The position numbers and the translations under genes are program-made. The notes under the pieces were generated by a model. It was not told the origin of the DNA, made no database searches, and saw only the letters and a program-made list of their open reading frames with translations. Below are positions 8,304 to 16,285 of a stretch of DNA of 16,793 bases, piece after piece (the stretch's first letter is position 1; each line of letters opens with the position of its first letter). Origin of the DNA: Candidatus Nanohaloarchaea archaeon (GTDB lineage: Archaea > Nanohalarchaeota > Nanosalinia > Nanosalinales > Nanosalinaceae); assembly GCA_046497485.1 (NCBI GenBank), contig JAWOFP010000032.1:1-16793 (forward strand), read 5' to 3'.

Positions 8304-8645
8304 TTATATTTTCTCAGTGTTTCTGAACTGTGACTTCATTAGGCCTTTCGCTCTAACAGTCTCGAGTACTTGCCTGAATTCATGTAGATAAGTTTCATCT
8401 GCTGCAGCATTCGAAGCTGCCTCGTCTATCAGAAGCATGATCTGTGGATCGTCTCTAAACTTTCTGATTAGTTCCTTGTTTGCGCGTTTCTTGTTTAGGT
8501 ACTGGCTGACGGCTGGCTGTGTGATATCCATTTTTTCCCCAATCTCTTTCTGGTATAGGCCATAGTCGTCTGCTAACTTCTCCGCTAGAAGTGAACGCGC
8601 CGCGGGTAGAAAGTCTCTGGTAATGGTTTCTGCTTCAAAATCCAT
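8304..8645 (-). CDS. Archaeal HTH transcriptional regulator (COG2522-like)
   Basis: FLPAARSLLAEKL...GLYQKEIGEKMDITQPAVSQYLNKKR is the typical HTH of this family. Confidence 0.85.
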   Translation of the reverse strand: MDFEAETITRDFLPAARSLLAEKLADDYGLYQKEIGEKMDITQPAVSQYLNKKRANKELIRKFRDDPQIMLLIDEAASNAAADETYLHEFRQVLETVRAKGLMKSQFRNTEKI

Positions 8646-8651
8646 ACAAAA

Positions 8652-8668
8652 TTATAACGGGGTTATAA
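8652..8668. promoter_or_regulatory. Perfect inverted repeat TTATAAC-GGG-GTTATAA, candidate operator of the HTH gene
   Basis: Lies between a minus-strand TATA-like TATTTAAG (8671-8678) and the ATG at 8645. Confidence 0.65.
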
Positions 8669-8731
8669 CTCTTAAATACTGTTGTTAGATGGAACAAGAA
8701 AAAGAGAGGTAAAATATGTGTCAGACTTTAA

Positions 8732-9073
8732 CTAGAGATCGCTCTGCTGAACTTCTCTGGAGAGCTTCTCAATGTCTGCGCTTAAGGCCTCAAGCTTTCT
8801 GCTGACTCTTTCTTTCTCCTTTATGATGTTCTCTACTTTCTCATACTTTCGAGCTGCGTGATCAAGATGATGTTTTTCGACATAAGCTGCGTCGGTATCC
8901 ATCATGTTTTCGATTATTTCGTTTGCAATCTTACCTAGCAGGATATTAAGTCCAAAGTAGACATTTGACCGTACATACTGGCCTTCGCCTGCCTCGTCTC
9001 TAATCATTCTTTTTACTCTTGCATGAGTGAAAGGTAAGTCTTCTATTTCAGTATCTTCAGGTACTTCAACCAT
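8732..9073 (-). CDS. Histone-fold protein with C-terminal coiled-coil extension (113 aa)
   Basis: Start moved to ATG 9073 (GTGAT SD-like motif just upstream). LPFTHARVKRMIRD...VRSNVYFGLNILLGKIANEII...YVEKHHLDHA follows the alpha1-L1-alpha2-L2-alpha3 pattern of archaeal histones (LPxAxxxRIxK...RVSxxA...TIKxEDIxxA), then a heptad-rich tail. Confidence 0.7.
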   Translation of the reverse strand: MVEVPEDTEIEDLPFTHARVKRMIRDEAGEGQYVRSNVYFGLNILLGKIANEIIENMMDTDAAYVEKHHLDHAARKYEKVENIIKEKERVSRKLEALSADIEKLSREVQQSDL

Positions 9074-9160
9074 GTTATCACACAAAAAATTCGGGTTACA
9101 GGCTTTTAACTCTTGTCGAAAACCGCAAGTTATAAACACAGGCCTTTCGAGTGAATATTT

Positions 9161-9376
9161 ATGATAGAACTTGCAACGCTAAACGCCGTGCTCGATGCTA
9201 TACTGAAGATTATGGCGATCTTTATCGCAGGCTACTTCGTGTTCTTAATGAAGAATTTTCAGGATTTTATCCAGAAAGCGGAGAAGTCAGTTGAATCAGT
9301 TGAGCAGTCGGCAGAGGCCGTAGAGAAATCAGTTAGATGGGGTAAAATTCTTCCATTCATAGGTGGTAAGGAATGA
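9161..9376 (+). CDS. Small membrane protein (one TM helix + short coiled coil)
   Basis: Hydrophobic N-terminus; TTATAAAC TATA-like box ~25 nt upstream; ATGA overlap with the next gene. Confidence 0.7.
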   Translation: MIELATLNAVLDAILKIMAIFIAGYFVFLMKNFQDFIQKAEKSVESVEQSAEAVEKSVRWGKILPFIGGKE

Positions 9377-9627
9377 ATGACTTTCTAGAAGCAGCGAAAA
9401 ACTCTAAGAGCGGAGATAAAGACGATGATTCTGGCGAGAGATATGAAAAACTGAAGAAGGAAGAAGCTGGAACACAGGATGAAGATTTGGCGAAGAAAAG
9501 GTTTGAAGAGTTGAAGGAAGAAGCCAAGCAAGACTACATTGAGAAGCAGAAACGGAAGGAGAAGGAAAGAAAGGAAAAAGAGAAGGAAGAAGAGGAAGAA
9601 GACAGAGAAAGTTTCGTGACTCACTGA
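9373..9627 (+). CDS. Small highly charged (K/E/D) hypothetical protein
   Basis: GGTGGT SD-like motif upstream; coupled to genes on both sides; low-complexity charged helix. Confidence 0.7.
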   Translation: MNDFLEAAKNSKSGDKDDDSGERYEKLKKEEAGTQDEDLAKKRFEELKEEAKQDYIEKQKRKEKERKEKEKEEEEEDRESFVTH

Positions 9628-10803
9628 ATGGCCTTACAGGAAGTACCGCGAATCACCAAGTATCTCTCAGTAGTCATGTTGTTCGGCTGGCTCGGCAGGA
9701 ATACTGTCTGGCAGTTTCTACCAGTCTATTTCGAAATGCATATAGAATCAGTTTTCCTAATCGGCATTCTGACATCTATACCTGCAGCAGTAAGTATACT
9801 GATGGATATACCAGTGAGTAACTATGTCCAGAGAGTAGGAGAAAAATTCGTGTTCTTCACAGGCCTTGTGTTCGGTGCTTTCCCTGCAGTTGCCTATATA
9901 GCAGCGACCCCTTTAACTCTTGCTTTTGGCAAACTGTTTGAAGGAGTTACAAAGAGTCTAGTCTGGAACAGTGGCTGGAGTCTCTCAATGAAGAGTTCGA
10001 ATGAAGACTCTGAATCAAAATCTCTTTCAGTCTTTTTACTTGGCGTAAATCTCGCAGCAATCTTGGGCCCAATAATTGGAGGATACTTGATCCTCAGTAA
10101 CGGATTTAATCTAGTCTTAGGCCTATGGCTATTAACATCAATAATCTCAATCGGTATATTTTTGTCCTACATAGGGATCTCTTCAAAGGCGGACAAGGTA
10201 CTGATGTTCGAGGAGCTTTTCAAATCAAAGACTTACTCAAACGACTTCAACCATTTGAAAGAGCACTGGAGAAAGGTCACGCCAGCCTATGGAATGATTT
10301 TCCTTTATTCGATCATATTCTCATTTTTCTGGCTTGCAGTACCTCTAGCACTAGAAGAGGCTGGAGCAACTTATGTGGAAATGGGATTCATTTTCGGACT
10401 GGCTGCATTACCTAAGGCCTTCCAAATATTTTTCGGAGATCTCGCGGATAGAATAGGACGGTATAGGATGCTTATTTTGCTTTCAGCAGCATTAAATCCT
10501 GTACTGTTTGCGATGTACTTCCTTGAAGGTCCTTTGATGCTTGGAGCATTTTTCTTTGTAGCAGCTCTACTGACTAATGGAATTCCTCCTATAATTCATA
10601 CAGTATTTGATCAGCGGGCGCCGGAAGAAGTGGAGAGCGAACTCGTAGGATTTATGGAGACCTCAAAACATGTAGGACAGTTTATAGGGCCTGCGATGGC
10701 GGGAACAGTTGCTTCTGCATTCAGTCTTTCAGCCTCTTTCGCAGCCGCAGGAATAATCTCTCTAGTGATGTTAGGCTATTCGATGAAGCTTCAGAGATTG
10801 TGA
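9628..10803 (+). CDS. MFS transporter
   Basis: ~12 TM segments; motif A GDLADRIGRYR in the second half; AAILGPIIGGYL motif. Confidence 0.9.
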   Translation: MALQEVPRITKYLSVVMLFGWLGRNTVWQFLPVYFEMHIESVFLIGILTSIPAAVSILMDIPVSNYVQRVGEKFVFFTGLVFGAFPAVAYIAATPLTLAFGKLFEGVTKSLVWNSGWSLSMKSSNEDSESKSLSVFLLGVNLAAILGPIIGGYLILSNGFNLVLGLWLLTSIISIGIFLSYIGISSKADKVLMFEELFKSKTYSNDFNHLKEHWRKVTPAYGMIFLYSIIFSFFWLAVPLALEEAGATYVEMGFIFGLAALPKAFQIFFGDLADRIGRYRMLILLSAALNPVLFAMYFLEGPLMLGAFFFVAALLTNGIPPIIHTVFDQRAPEEVESELVGFMETSKHVGQFIGPAMAGTVASAFSLSASFAAAGIISLVMLGYSMKLQRL

Positions 10804-11498
10804 AGTTTTCCAAAGTCAAATACTCCGGCTTCACGGGAGATAGCATAGGCCTCAAAATCTCCTAAATTAAAATCCTTCAAAATCGGGGAAAGTAGTTCTG
10901 AAGAGCTCATCCTGTTGATCTCTGAACCATTTGAGATGGGGGAGTATGCAGGTAAAACAAATATCTCTTTCTCGGAATATAGATGAAGTAATGCATCGAC
11001 CTTTTCAGTCACTCCGATATCATCTTCGAGAGCAAGCGCCGGATGCTCGTGACCAATCACAATCGTGCTCCAATCCTGTTCAGGCCTTTCATCTCCATGC
11101 GTAAACAGCACGCCATCTTCTTCATACTGTTCAAGAGGCCTCAACCCGTGTTCTTCCAGTATGCTATCGATAAAAGTATCGTGATTACCCTTGATTATGA
11201 TCACATCCTGAAAATTATCGGTCAGGAAGCCTACTAAGTCATCAATCTCGGATTTCTCACTGTAACTGGTAGAGTACTGATTCTTCAAATCCCCATTAAT
11301 CAGAATCCTATCACAGCCGGTTAATTCTCTAATTTCCTCCAACTCTTCCTTAACTTGATCTAATTGGAACTCAGGAATATAATTCCCTCTGGAAGTCATA
11401 CTTGCTTCCAGGCCTAGATGCAGATCACTGATCGCAATCAAATCTAATTCTGGGAAATAGATTGCTGGGTAATTTCCAATTATTTTGAAATCTGTCAC
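10791..11498 (-). CDS. Calcineurin-like metallophosphoesterase (COG1407 / PdeM-like)
   Basis: SDLHLG, NGDLK, GNHD, HGD and GHEHP motifs intact; GTG start overlapping the DUF58 stop (GTGA). Confidence 0.9.
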   Translation of the reverse strand: MTDFKIIGNYPAIYFPELDLIAISDLHLGLEASMTSRGNYIPEFQLDQVKEELEEIRELTGCDRILINGDLKNQYSTSYSEKSEIDDLVGFLTDNFQDVIIIKGNHDTFIDSILEEHGLRPLEQYEEDGVLFTHGDERPEQDWSTIVIGHEHPALALEDDIGVTEKVDALLHLYSEKEIFVLPAYSPISNGSEINRMSSSELLSPILKDFNLGDFEAYAISREAGVFDFGKLHNL

Positions 11499-12352
11499 TG
11501 GTTAACTAGTTTCCAGATATCTATAAAAGAATCAAAGAAATCCTCGTCAGTCGAGACAAGCTGATAGTTAGCACCGTACTCATCGCATAAGGCCTCTATC
11601 CCTTCAGTATGCTCCTTCAACTTAGACTTGTAACTTGATTTCGTGCTTCTGGAAAGATAAGCTCTTACAGTAGAATCTGACTCAGGGTCCTCAAGGATTG
11701 TATCGCCGGAAAAAGAAGGATCAAGCTCCTCATCATCAAAGACATTCACCAAAATAACTTGGCTGCCTTTCAAGGCCTGAAGACTAGACTCTATCTGATC
11801 TAAATCAGTTAGGAAATCTGATATAATCACTACAACTGACTTATTCTTAATTCTGGAGCTGTACTGCGTTATACAGTGCTCAACCTTGCTTTCAGGCGTC
11901 TTACGCATACCGTTCAAAGTATCAACTAACTGAATCAAGTTACCGTTACGCCGGGCAGAAGTCAAGTCAGTTAAGGTCTCGGAGAAAACAGAAAACCTGA
12001 AACGGTCATTAGTTTTATTCGTCATATAAGCCAGGCCTAATCCTAACTGCCCTCCAAACTCATACTTGTTTTTATCTCCAAAATCCATTGAACTACTTCT
12101 ATCAAGTATTATATGGACCGTAACACTCCTTTCTTCATCAAATCTTTTCACAAAGAATTCTTTGGTTCGCGCGTAGGCCTTCCAGTCAATCTTTCTAATG
12201 TCGTCTCCCGGAACATACTCTTTGTGATCTTTGAAAATCATTCCTTGTCCGGAGAAGTCACTGTTCTGCTCTCCCTGCTTCATCTCGTTAGAGTTCTTCT
12301 CTAACGCTATCTGAAATCTTTCTAACTCGTTAAGGAACTCGGCTTCAATCAT
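11495..12352 (-). CDS. DUF58 family (vWA-like) MoxR partner
   Basis: FKDHKEYVPGDDIRKIDWKAYART, MIDAS-like DRSSS, VVIISDF. Confidence 0.92.
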   Translation of the reverse strand: MIEAEFLNELERFQIALEKNSNEMKQGEQNSDFSGQGMIFKDHKEYVPGDDIRKIDWKAYARTKEFFVKRFDEERSVTVHIILDRSSSMDFGDKNKYEFGGQLGLGLAYMTNKTNDRFRFSVFSETLTDLTSARRNGNLIQLVDTLNGMRKTPESKVEHCITQYSSRIKNKSVVVIISDFLTDLDQIESSLQALKGSQVILVNVFDDEELDPSFSGDTILEDPESDSTVRAYLSRSTKSSYKSKLKEHTEGIEALCDEYGANYQLVSTDEDFFDSFIDIWKLVNQ

Positions 12353-13311
12353 ACTCCTTCAACTATTTCCTCGATCACATCGTCTTCTTTCAGGCCTTTT
12401 TTCTCCGCCGCAAAGCTGAGACCGATTCTATGCCTTAGAACAGGTTTCGCCATCTTATCCACATCTTTCTGAGATACATGGTTTCTATTATTAATCAATG
12501 CATGGCCTTTAGCCGCTAAAACCAGGTTTATCGAAGCTCTCGGCGACGCACCGTAATCCAGCTCATTCTTCTTCCTAGTAGCTCTGACAATGTTTACCAC
12601 ATCATTCAGTATATCGTCTGCTATAGGTACCTGCCTGGTGAACTCCTGAAGTTTAATTAAAGAGGCCTTGGAAATAACTTTTTTCAGCTCCGGACTGTAA
12701 TCGAGCTCAGTTGTAAACCGTTTAACAATCTTCTCTTCCTCATCATGCTCCGGGAAATCAAGTGTGATCTTCATCATGAAACGATCTCTCTGCGCTTCCG
12801 GGAGCGGATAGGTTCCTTCCTGTTCAATCGGATTCTGAGTCGCTATAAGGAAGAAAGGAGCCTCAAGCTCATATGAACGGTTTCCGACCGTTACCTGTTT
12901 CTCCTGCATCGCTTCCAGTAAAGCAGACTGAGTCTTAGGTGTCGCACGGTTAATCTCATCTGCTAAAACCATGTTAGCAAAGATAGGACCTTCCTGGAAC
13001 TCGAACTCAGCTTCACCAGAAGACTCATCAATTATATGAGTTCCTGTAATATCTGAGGGCATCAGGTCCGGAGTAGATTGAATCCTTGAGAACTCTAGGC
13101 CTATAGTCTGAGAAATTGTCGAAGCCATCTTTGTCTTACCCATTCCAGGATTTGATTCCAGTAAGATGTTTCCATCGCAGAGCATACATGTCAAAACCTG
13201 GTCTATAACTTCTTCCTGCCCTACAATTACTTTCCCTACTTCATTTTTGATTTCGGCCAGTTTTTCATTCACTTTTTCATACTTTACTGAGCTCTTATCG
13301 GATAACTTCAT
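12349..13311 (-). CDS. moxR: MoxR-family AAA+ ATPase
   Basis: Walker A ESNPGMGKT, RIQSTPDLMPSDITG, Walker B LADEINRATPKTQSALLEAMQE, ATQNPIEQEGTYPLPEAQRDRF, GASPRA, VLRHR. Confidence 0.95.
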   Translation of the reverse strand: MKLSDKSSVKYEKVNEKLAEIKNEVGKVIVGQEEVIDQVLTCMLCDGNILLESNPGMGKTKMASTISQTIGLEFSRIQSTPDLMPSDITGTHIIDESSGEAEFEFQEGPIFANMVLADEINRATPKTQSALLEAMQEKQVTVGNRSYELEAPFFLIATQNPIEQEGTYPLPEAQRDRFMMKITLDFPEHDEEEKIVKRFTTELDYSPELKKVISKASLIKLQEFTRQVPIADDILNDVVNIVRATRKKNELDYGASPRASINLVLAAKGHALINNRNHVSQKDVDKMAKPVLRHRIGLSFAAEKKGLKEDDVIEEIVEGV

Positions 13312-13341
13312 ACAACATTAATTGACGGGCCTCATTAATAA

Positions 13342-14079
13342 TTATTCAATGTCCCTTATTGCAAGACTGTACTCTCTCATCAACCAAGAATCCTCCTCAA
13401 TTTCGGGAGATGCCTCATACATCAGCTCTCTATCTCCTTCAAAACCTCTTAAAACGCTTTCTTCAAAGCTTTCTCCCTCGCCAACAATCTCAATGTCTAC
13501 ATCTGAGCCAGTATCGTCTAAATCAGACTCTTCTCCTAAGACATCTGAAGCATTTCCACGGAAATCATCTCCATCATCCTGAGAACCAACTATATCAGAT
13601 ATACGATCGTAAGCGCCAGAAGCATCTACATCGATAACAGGCACTATTAGGCCTGAAACTGTCGTTAAAATCGCAAGGCCTCCAACCAGGAAAAGTTTTT
13701 GAACAATTCTCTCTGAAGGTATTATGCTTTCGGAACTTACTGTCCTGGCTCTTTCCATTACATCGCCGAACAATGCCTCGGAAACCGTATCTCGTTTATC
13801 AAGATTGTCTCTAGCAGTTCTCAAAAGTTCCTGAAGCTCATCGTTTTGATCCTCGTAAATCTCCACGCTGTAGCCACGAGTCCTGTAAATCAGGTTCCCT
13901 AAGAAAAATACTGCTGCTATCCCTCCAAGTATCCGAAAATCATACTCAAAACTTGCCAGAAAAGCTAGAAAATTCAGGCCTAAAACCAGTATAAGTGTAT
14001 CAAGACTGCTCTGTAAGGCCTTAATCTTCCAGTATTCTCTTTTCAGTCTTTTAAGCAGAGTCTCAATTCTCATAGTCAT
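13342..14079 (-). CDS. Hypothetical membrane protein (3 TM segments, acidic C-terminal region) upstream of moxR
   Basis: Hydrophobic segments, conserved-looking LQELLRTARDN motif, host-like composition; start may be 14073. Confidence 0.75.
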   Translation of the reverse strand: MTMRIETLLKRLKREYWKIKALQSSLDTLILVLGLNFLAFLASFEYDFRILGGIAAVFFLGNLIYRTRGYSVEIYEDQNDELQELLRTARDNLDKRDTVSEALFGDVMERARTVSSESIIPSERIVQKLFLVGGLAILTTVSGLIVPVIDVDASGAYDRISDIVGSQDDGDDFRGNASDVLGEESDLDDTGSDVDIEIVGEGESFEESVLRGFEGDRELMYEASPEIEEDSWLMREYSLAIRDIE

Positions 14080-14521
14080 CTATCCAAGTCTCGCAGACAA
14101 CTGTCGAATTATCGTTCAAGTCTTCTTCATTGCAGATGTCTTCGAGATCATTTCTTATTGTTCTGAAGTCTTCTCTAAATCTGTTTCTTTCACTTTCAAG
14201 CTCAGAAGTTTGGTTTCTAAGTCGCTCAAGTTCTCCTTCTAAGTCCGATTCTTCTGATTCGATGTCTCCTATCTGCTGCTCGAGCTCCGAAGTTCTATTC
14301 TGTAAATTCCGGTTCTGCTGTAATAGTTTAGTATTGTTTGCTTCTAAGGCTCTTTTTTCCGAGTTTAACTCATCTATCTCCGTCTCTAGTTCGGCCCGGT
14401 CTCCTGCAATGTCCTCAAACTGGGTCTGAAAAACAATGGATAATCCTACCAGTAGTGAGAGGCCTACAACCGTTGTAAGCAGCAGGAATGGGTTGAGCCG
14501 TCGCTTCAGTAAGAACTTCAT
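14063..14521 (-). CDS. Membrane-anchored coiled-coil protein (152 aa)
   Basis: Start moved to ATG 14521 (MKFLLKRRLNPFLLL...), removing the overlap with the divergent gene. N-terminal TM, ~100-aa heptad repeat, C-terminal Cys pair. Confidence 0.75.
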   Translation of the reverse strand: MKFLLKRRLNPFLLLTTVVGLSLLVGLSIVFQTQFEDIAGDRAELETEIDELNSEKRALEANNTKLLQQNRNLQNRTSELEQQIGDIESEESDLEGELERLRNQTSELESERNRFREDFRTIRNDLEDICNEEDLNDNSTVVCETWIDDYEN

Positions 14522-14597
14522 CTCTACAATAATTTGGTTTCTGAAAGGTTTAATACCTCGGCCTATTTTTAAGTAGAATCCAATCCAATTATCAATT

Positions 14598-16280
14598 ATG
14601 TCTTCAGGAGGAAACTCTGACAACTGCAGCTTCGGCCACACATTCATCCACTATGATGACCAAGGCGGAGTCTCAGGAGAAGCAAAAGAAGCAGTAAAGG
14701 ACATTAGAAAGGGCAAACTGAACAGTTATGAAGAACTTCAAGATAGAGGCCTAGGCCTTATGGATATAATGGGAGGCCCTATCAGAAAATTGAAGGCTAA
14801 AGGTAATGGACAGGGAACAGGTTACGGAGTTGTCTTGACCGCACCCGACAAATATGATGAAGACCTTGATTATACAGTCAAGCGAGTTACAGAATCAATT
14901 TTTGTTTCTCCTCAAAGCCAGTTGCATGATGAGTTTATGCAGAGAAAGCAGCAGGCGGAGCAGAGAGTGAATCAGACGCTTTCAAACTTTTCAGATATAC
15001 TTGAACAGAAACACCTGCTTGAGCACGATATCAGGAAGTTAAGGAGCCGTGCAGAGGCCTTCAATTCAAAGGATGAAGATATCTTGAAAGGAGATTTCGT
15101 TCAGTTAGTAGATGGAGCCGGAGCAGGAGGACAAGGAGCAGATGAACAGGCCTTAAGGTTCTTGAGAGATAACAATATCTATCCGACGATTGTCGCAGAC
15201 TTCATGGAGATGGACTCTGTCGATGACCTAAAGAAAGCAGATAATCACGACGATGTAGATGAAGACGGCCATCTTGCTGATCTTCCAAGAAATGAGAAGG
15301 CGATTCTCAGGAAAAAGTTCACGATGTATGAGAAATGGAAGGACATGTACGGAAGCGAAGTGAACCGCCGATTGAAAGAGTTAAAGTCCCAGCAGCAGAA
15401 TATCGAGCAAAGCATTCAGAAGACCAAAGACTGGCTTGAGCCCTATGTAAAGGATGTCGTAATGATCAACGAGATGGGCGACCAGCAGAATGATTTAACC
15501 AAATACTACGAATGGAAGGGCTACTCCTCAATGGAGAGAAACCTAGAATTTATTTGCTACAAAGGCTTCAAGAAGGAGAATGGCAGACTAGTGGAAGAAC
15601 CTGATGATCCGACACATTACAGAGTTATGCATGTCTTCGGAGTCCATGTCGTGACAGCGAAAGGCGAACAACCGAACCAGCCGGGCGGAAGCAGCACAGG
15701 AGTAGTATTCTGGAGGCCTGCAATCGTCTGCAAGCATGTCTTCGAGAACTTCTTCGAGCCTAAAATCAAGGAAGCTGATAACCTGGTAGAGGAAATGCAT
15801 GACAAGTATGTTGGGAACTTTGAAGGCTACCCCGAATCTGATGAAATCAAAGAAGCCAGGGAAGCAGAGGATATGTCCGTTAGAGAACTACGAGATAAAA
15901 TTCAAGAAGAGTACAAAAATATCTTAGAAAATGAAGGAGAGGACTTCGAAAATGCTTCAATCCCTATAGAGTTCTCCTCGAAAATCAGGCGTGTTGAAGA
16001 CGGCTTAGATCATCCTGAAAGCATAATTGAAGACTACTCAATTCACCATTATGAGGCCTTACAGAATGTTCTAGACTTAGACTTTGATGATGACGAAGAA
16101 GATGAGAATGAGATGCTAGAAGGCGTGAAAGAAGATATAGCAAAGTTCACGGGAAAGACTGATCAATTTTATTTAGATGGAGACGCTCAAGGCCAGGCGA
16201 TGATGGATATGGTAACAGAGTTTAGATTTGATTTTTATTTTGACTACAAAATTGGCTTCGGCATGAACACGATGAAATAA
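14598..16280 (+). CDS. Hypothetical 560-aa acidic protein with coiled coils and a possible interrupted XRE-type HTH
   Basis: Long ORF with host-like composition; TTTTTAAG TATA-like box ~25-30 nt upstream; no catalytic motif recognised. Confidence 0.8.
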   Translation: MSSGGNSDNCSFGHTFIHYDDQGGVSGEAKEAVKDIRKGKLNSYEELQDRGLGLMDIMGGPIRKLKAKGNGQGTGYGVVLTAPDKYDEDLDYTVKRVTESIFVSPQSQLHDEFMQRKQQAEQRVNQTLSNFSDILEQKHLLEHDIRKLRSRAEAFNSKDEDILKGDFVQLVDGAGAGGQGADEQALRFLRDNNIYPTIVADFMEMDSVDDLKKADNHDDVDEDGHLADLPRNEKAILRKKFTMYEKWKDMYGSEVNRRLKELKSQQQNIEQSIQKTKDWLEPYVKDVVMINEMGDQQNDLTKYYEWKGYSSMERNLEFICYKGFKKENGRLVEEPDDPTHYRVMHVFGVHVVTAKGEQPNQPGGSSTGVVFWRPAIVCKHVFENFFEPKIKEADNLVEEMHDKYVGNFEGYPESDEIKEAREAEDMSVRELRDKIQEEYKNILENEGEDFENASIPIEFSSKIRRVEDGLDHPESIIEDYSIHHYEALQNVLDLDFDDDEEDENEMLEGVKEDIAKFTGKTDQFYLDGDAQGQAMMDMVTEFRFDFYFDYKIGFGMNTMK

Positions 16281-16285
16281 GAGGG

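Larger units (their letters stand above)
261..16059. repeat. Dispersed highly iterated palindrome AGGCCT (~59 copies)
   Basis: Manual count, e.g. 261, 292, 340, 1140, 1319, 1608, 1970, 2117, 2401, 2659, 2696 ... 14747 and 14753 (tandem), 15055, 15148, 15714, 16054. Confidence 0.92.

Noticed and set aside
9074..9139. N-terminal extension of track ORF 8732-9139
   Set aside because: Runs through the divergent promoter; ATG 9073 has an SD-like GTGAT.
9540..9610. Purine-rich GAA/AAG run
   Set aside because: Explained by Lys/Glu-rich coding sequence, not a separate repeat element.
13317..13340. Imperfect inverted repeat ATTAATTGA-CGGGCC-TCATTAAT upstream of moxR
   Set aside because: AT-rich, bulged stem overlapping a likely TATA box; could easily arise by chance.
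14522..14647. N-terminal 42 codons of track ORF 14063-14647
   Set aside because: Overlap the divergent gene and its promoter; ATG 14521 gives a sensible membrane-anchor N-terminus.
1130..15805. Short antisense or alternate-frame ORFs (e.g. 1130-1369, 2795-3136, 6363-6599, 9385-9624, 10125-10415, 13322-13582, 14130-14429, 15588-15800)
   Set aside because: All lie within well-supported genes; many show the Ser/Phe/Leu-rich composition expected from the antisense of acidic proteins.
261..16059. AGGCCT as a CRISPR repeat, REP element or pure amino-acid bias
   Set aside because: Spacing is irregular with no longer conserved flanks, and it occurs in three codon phases and in non-coding DNA.
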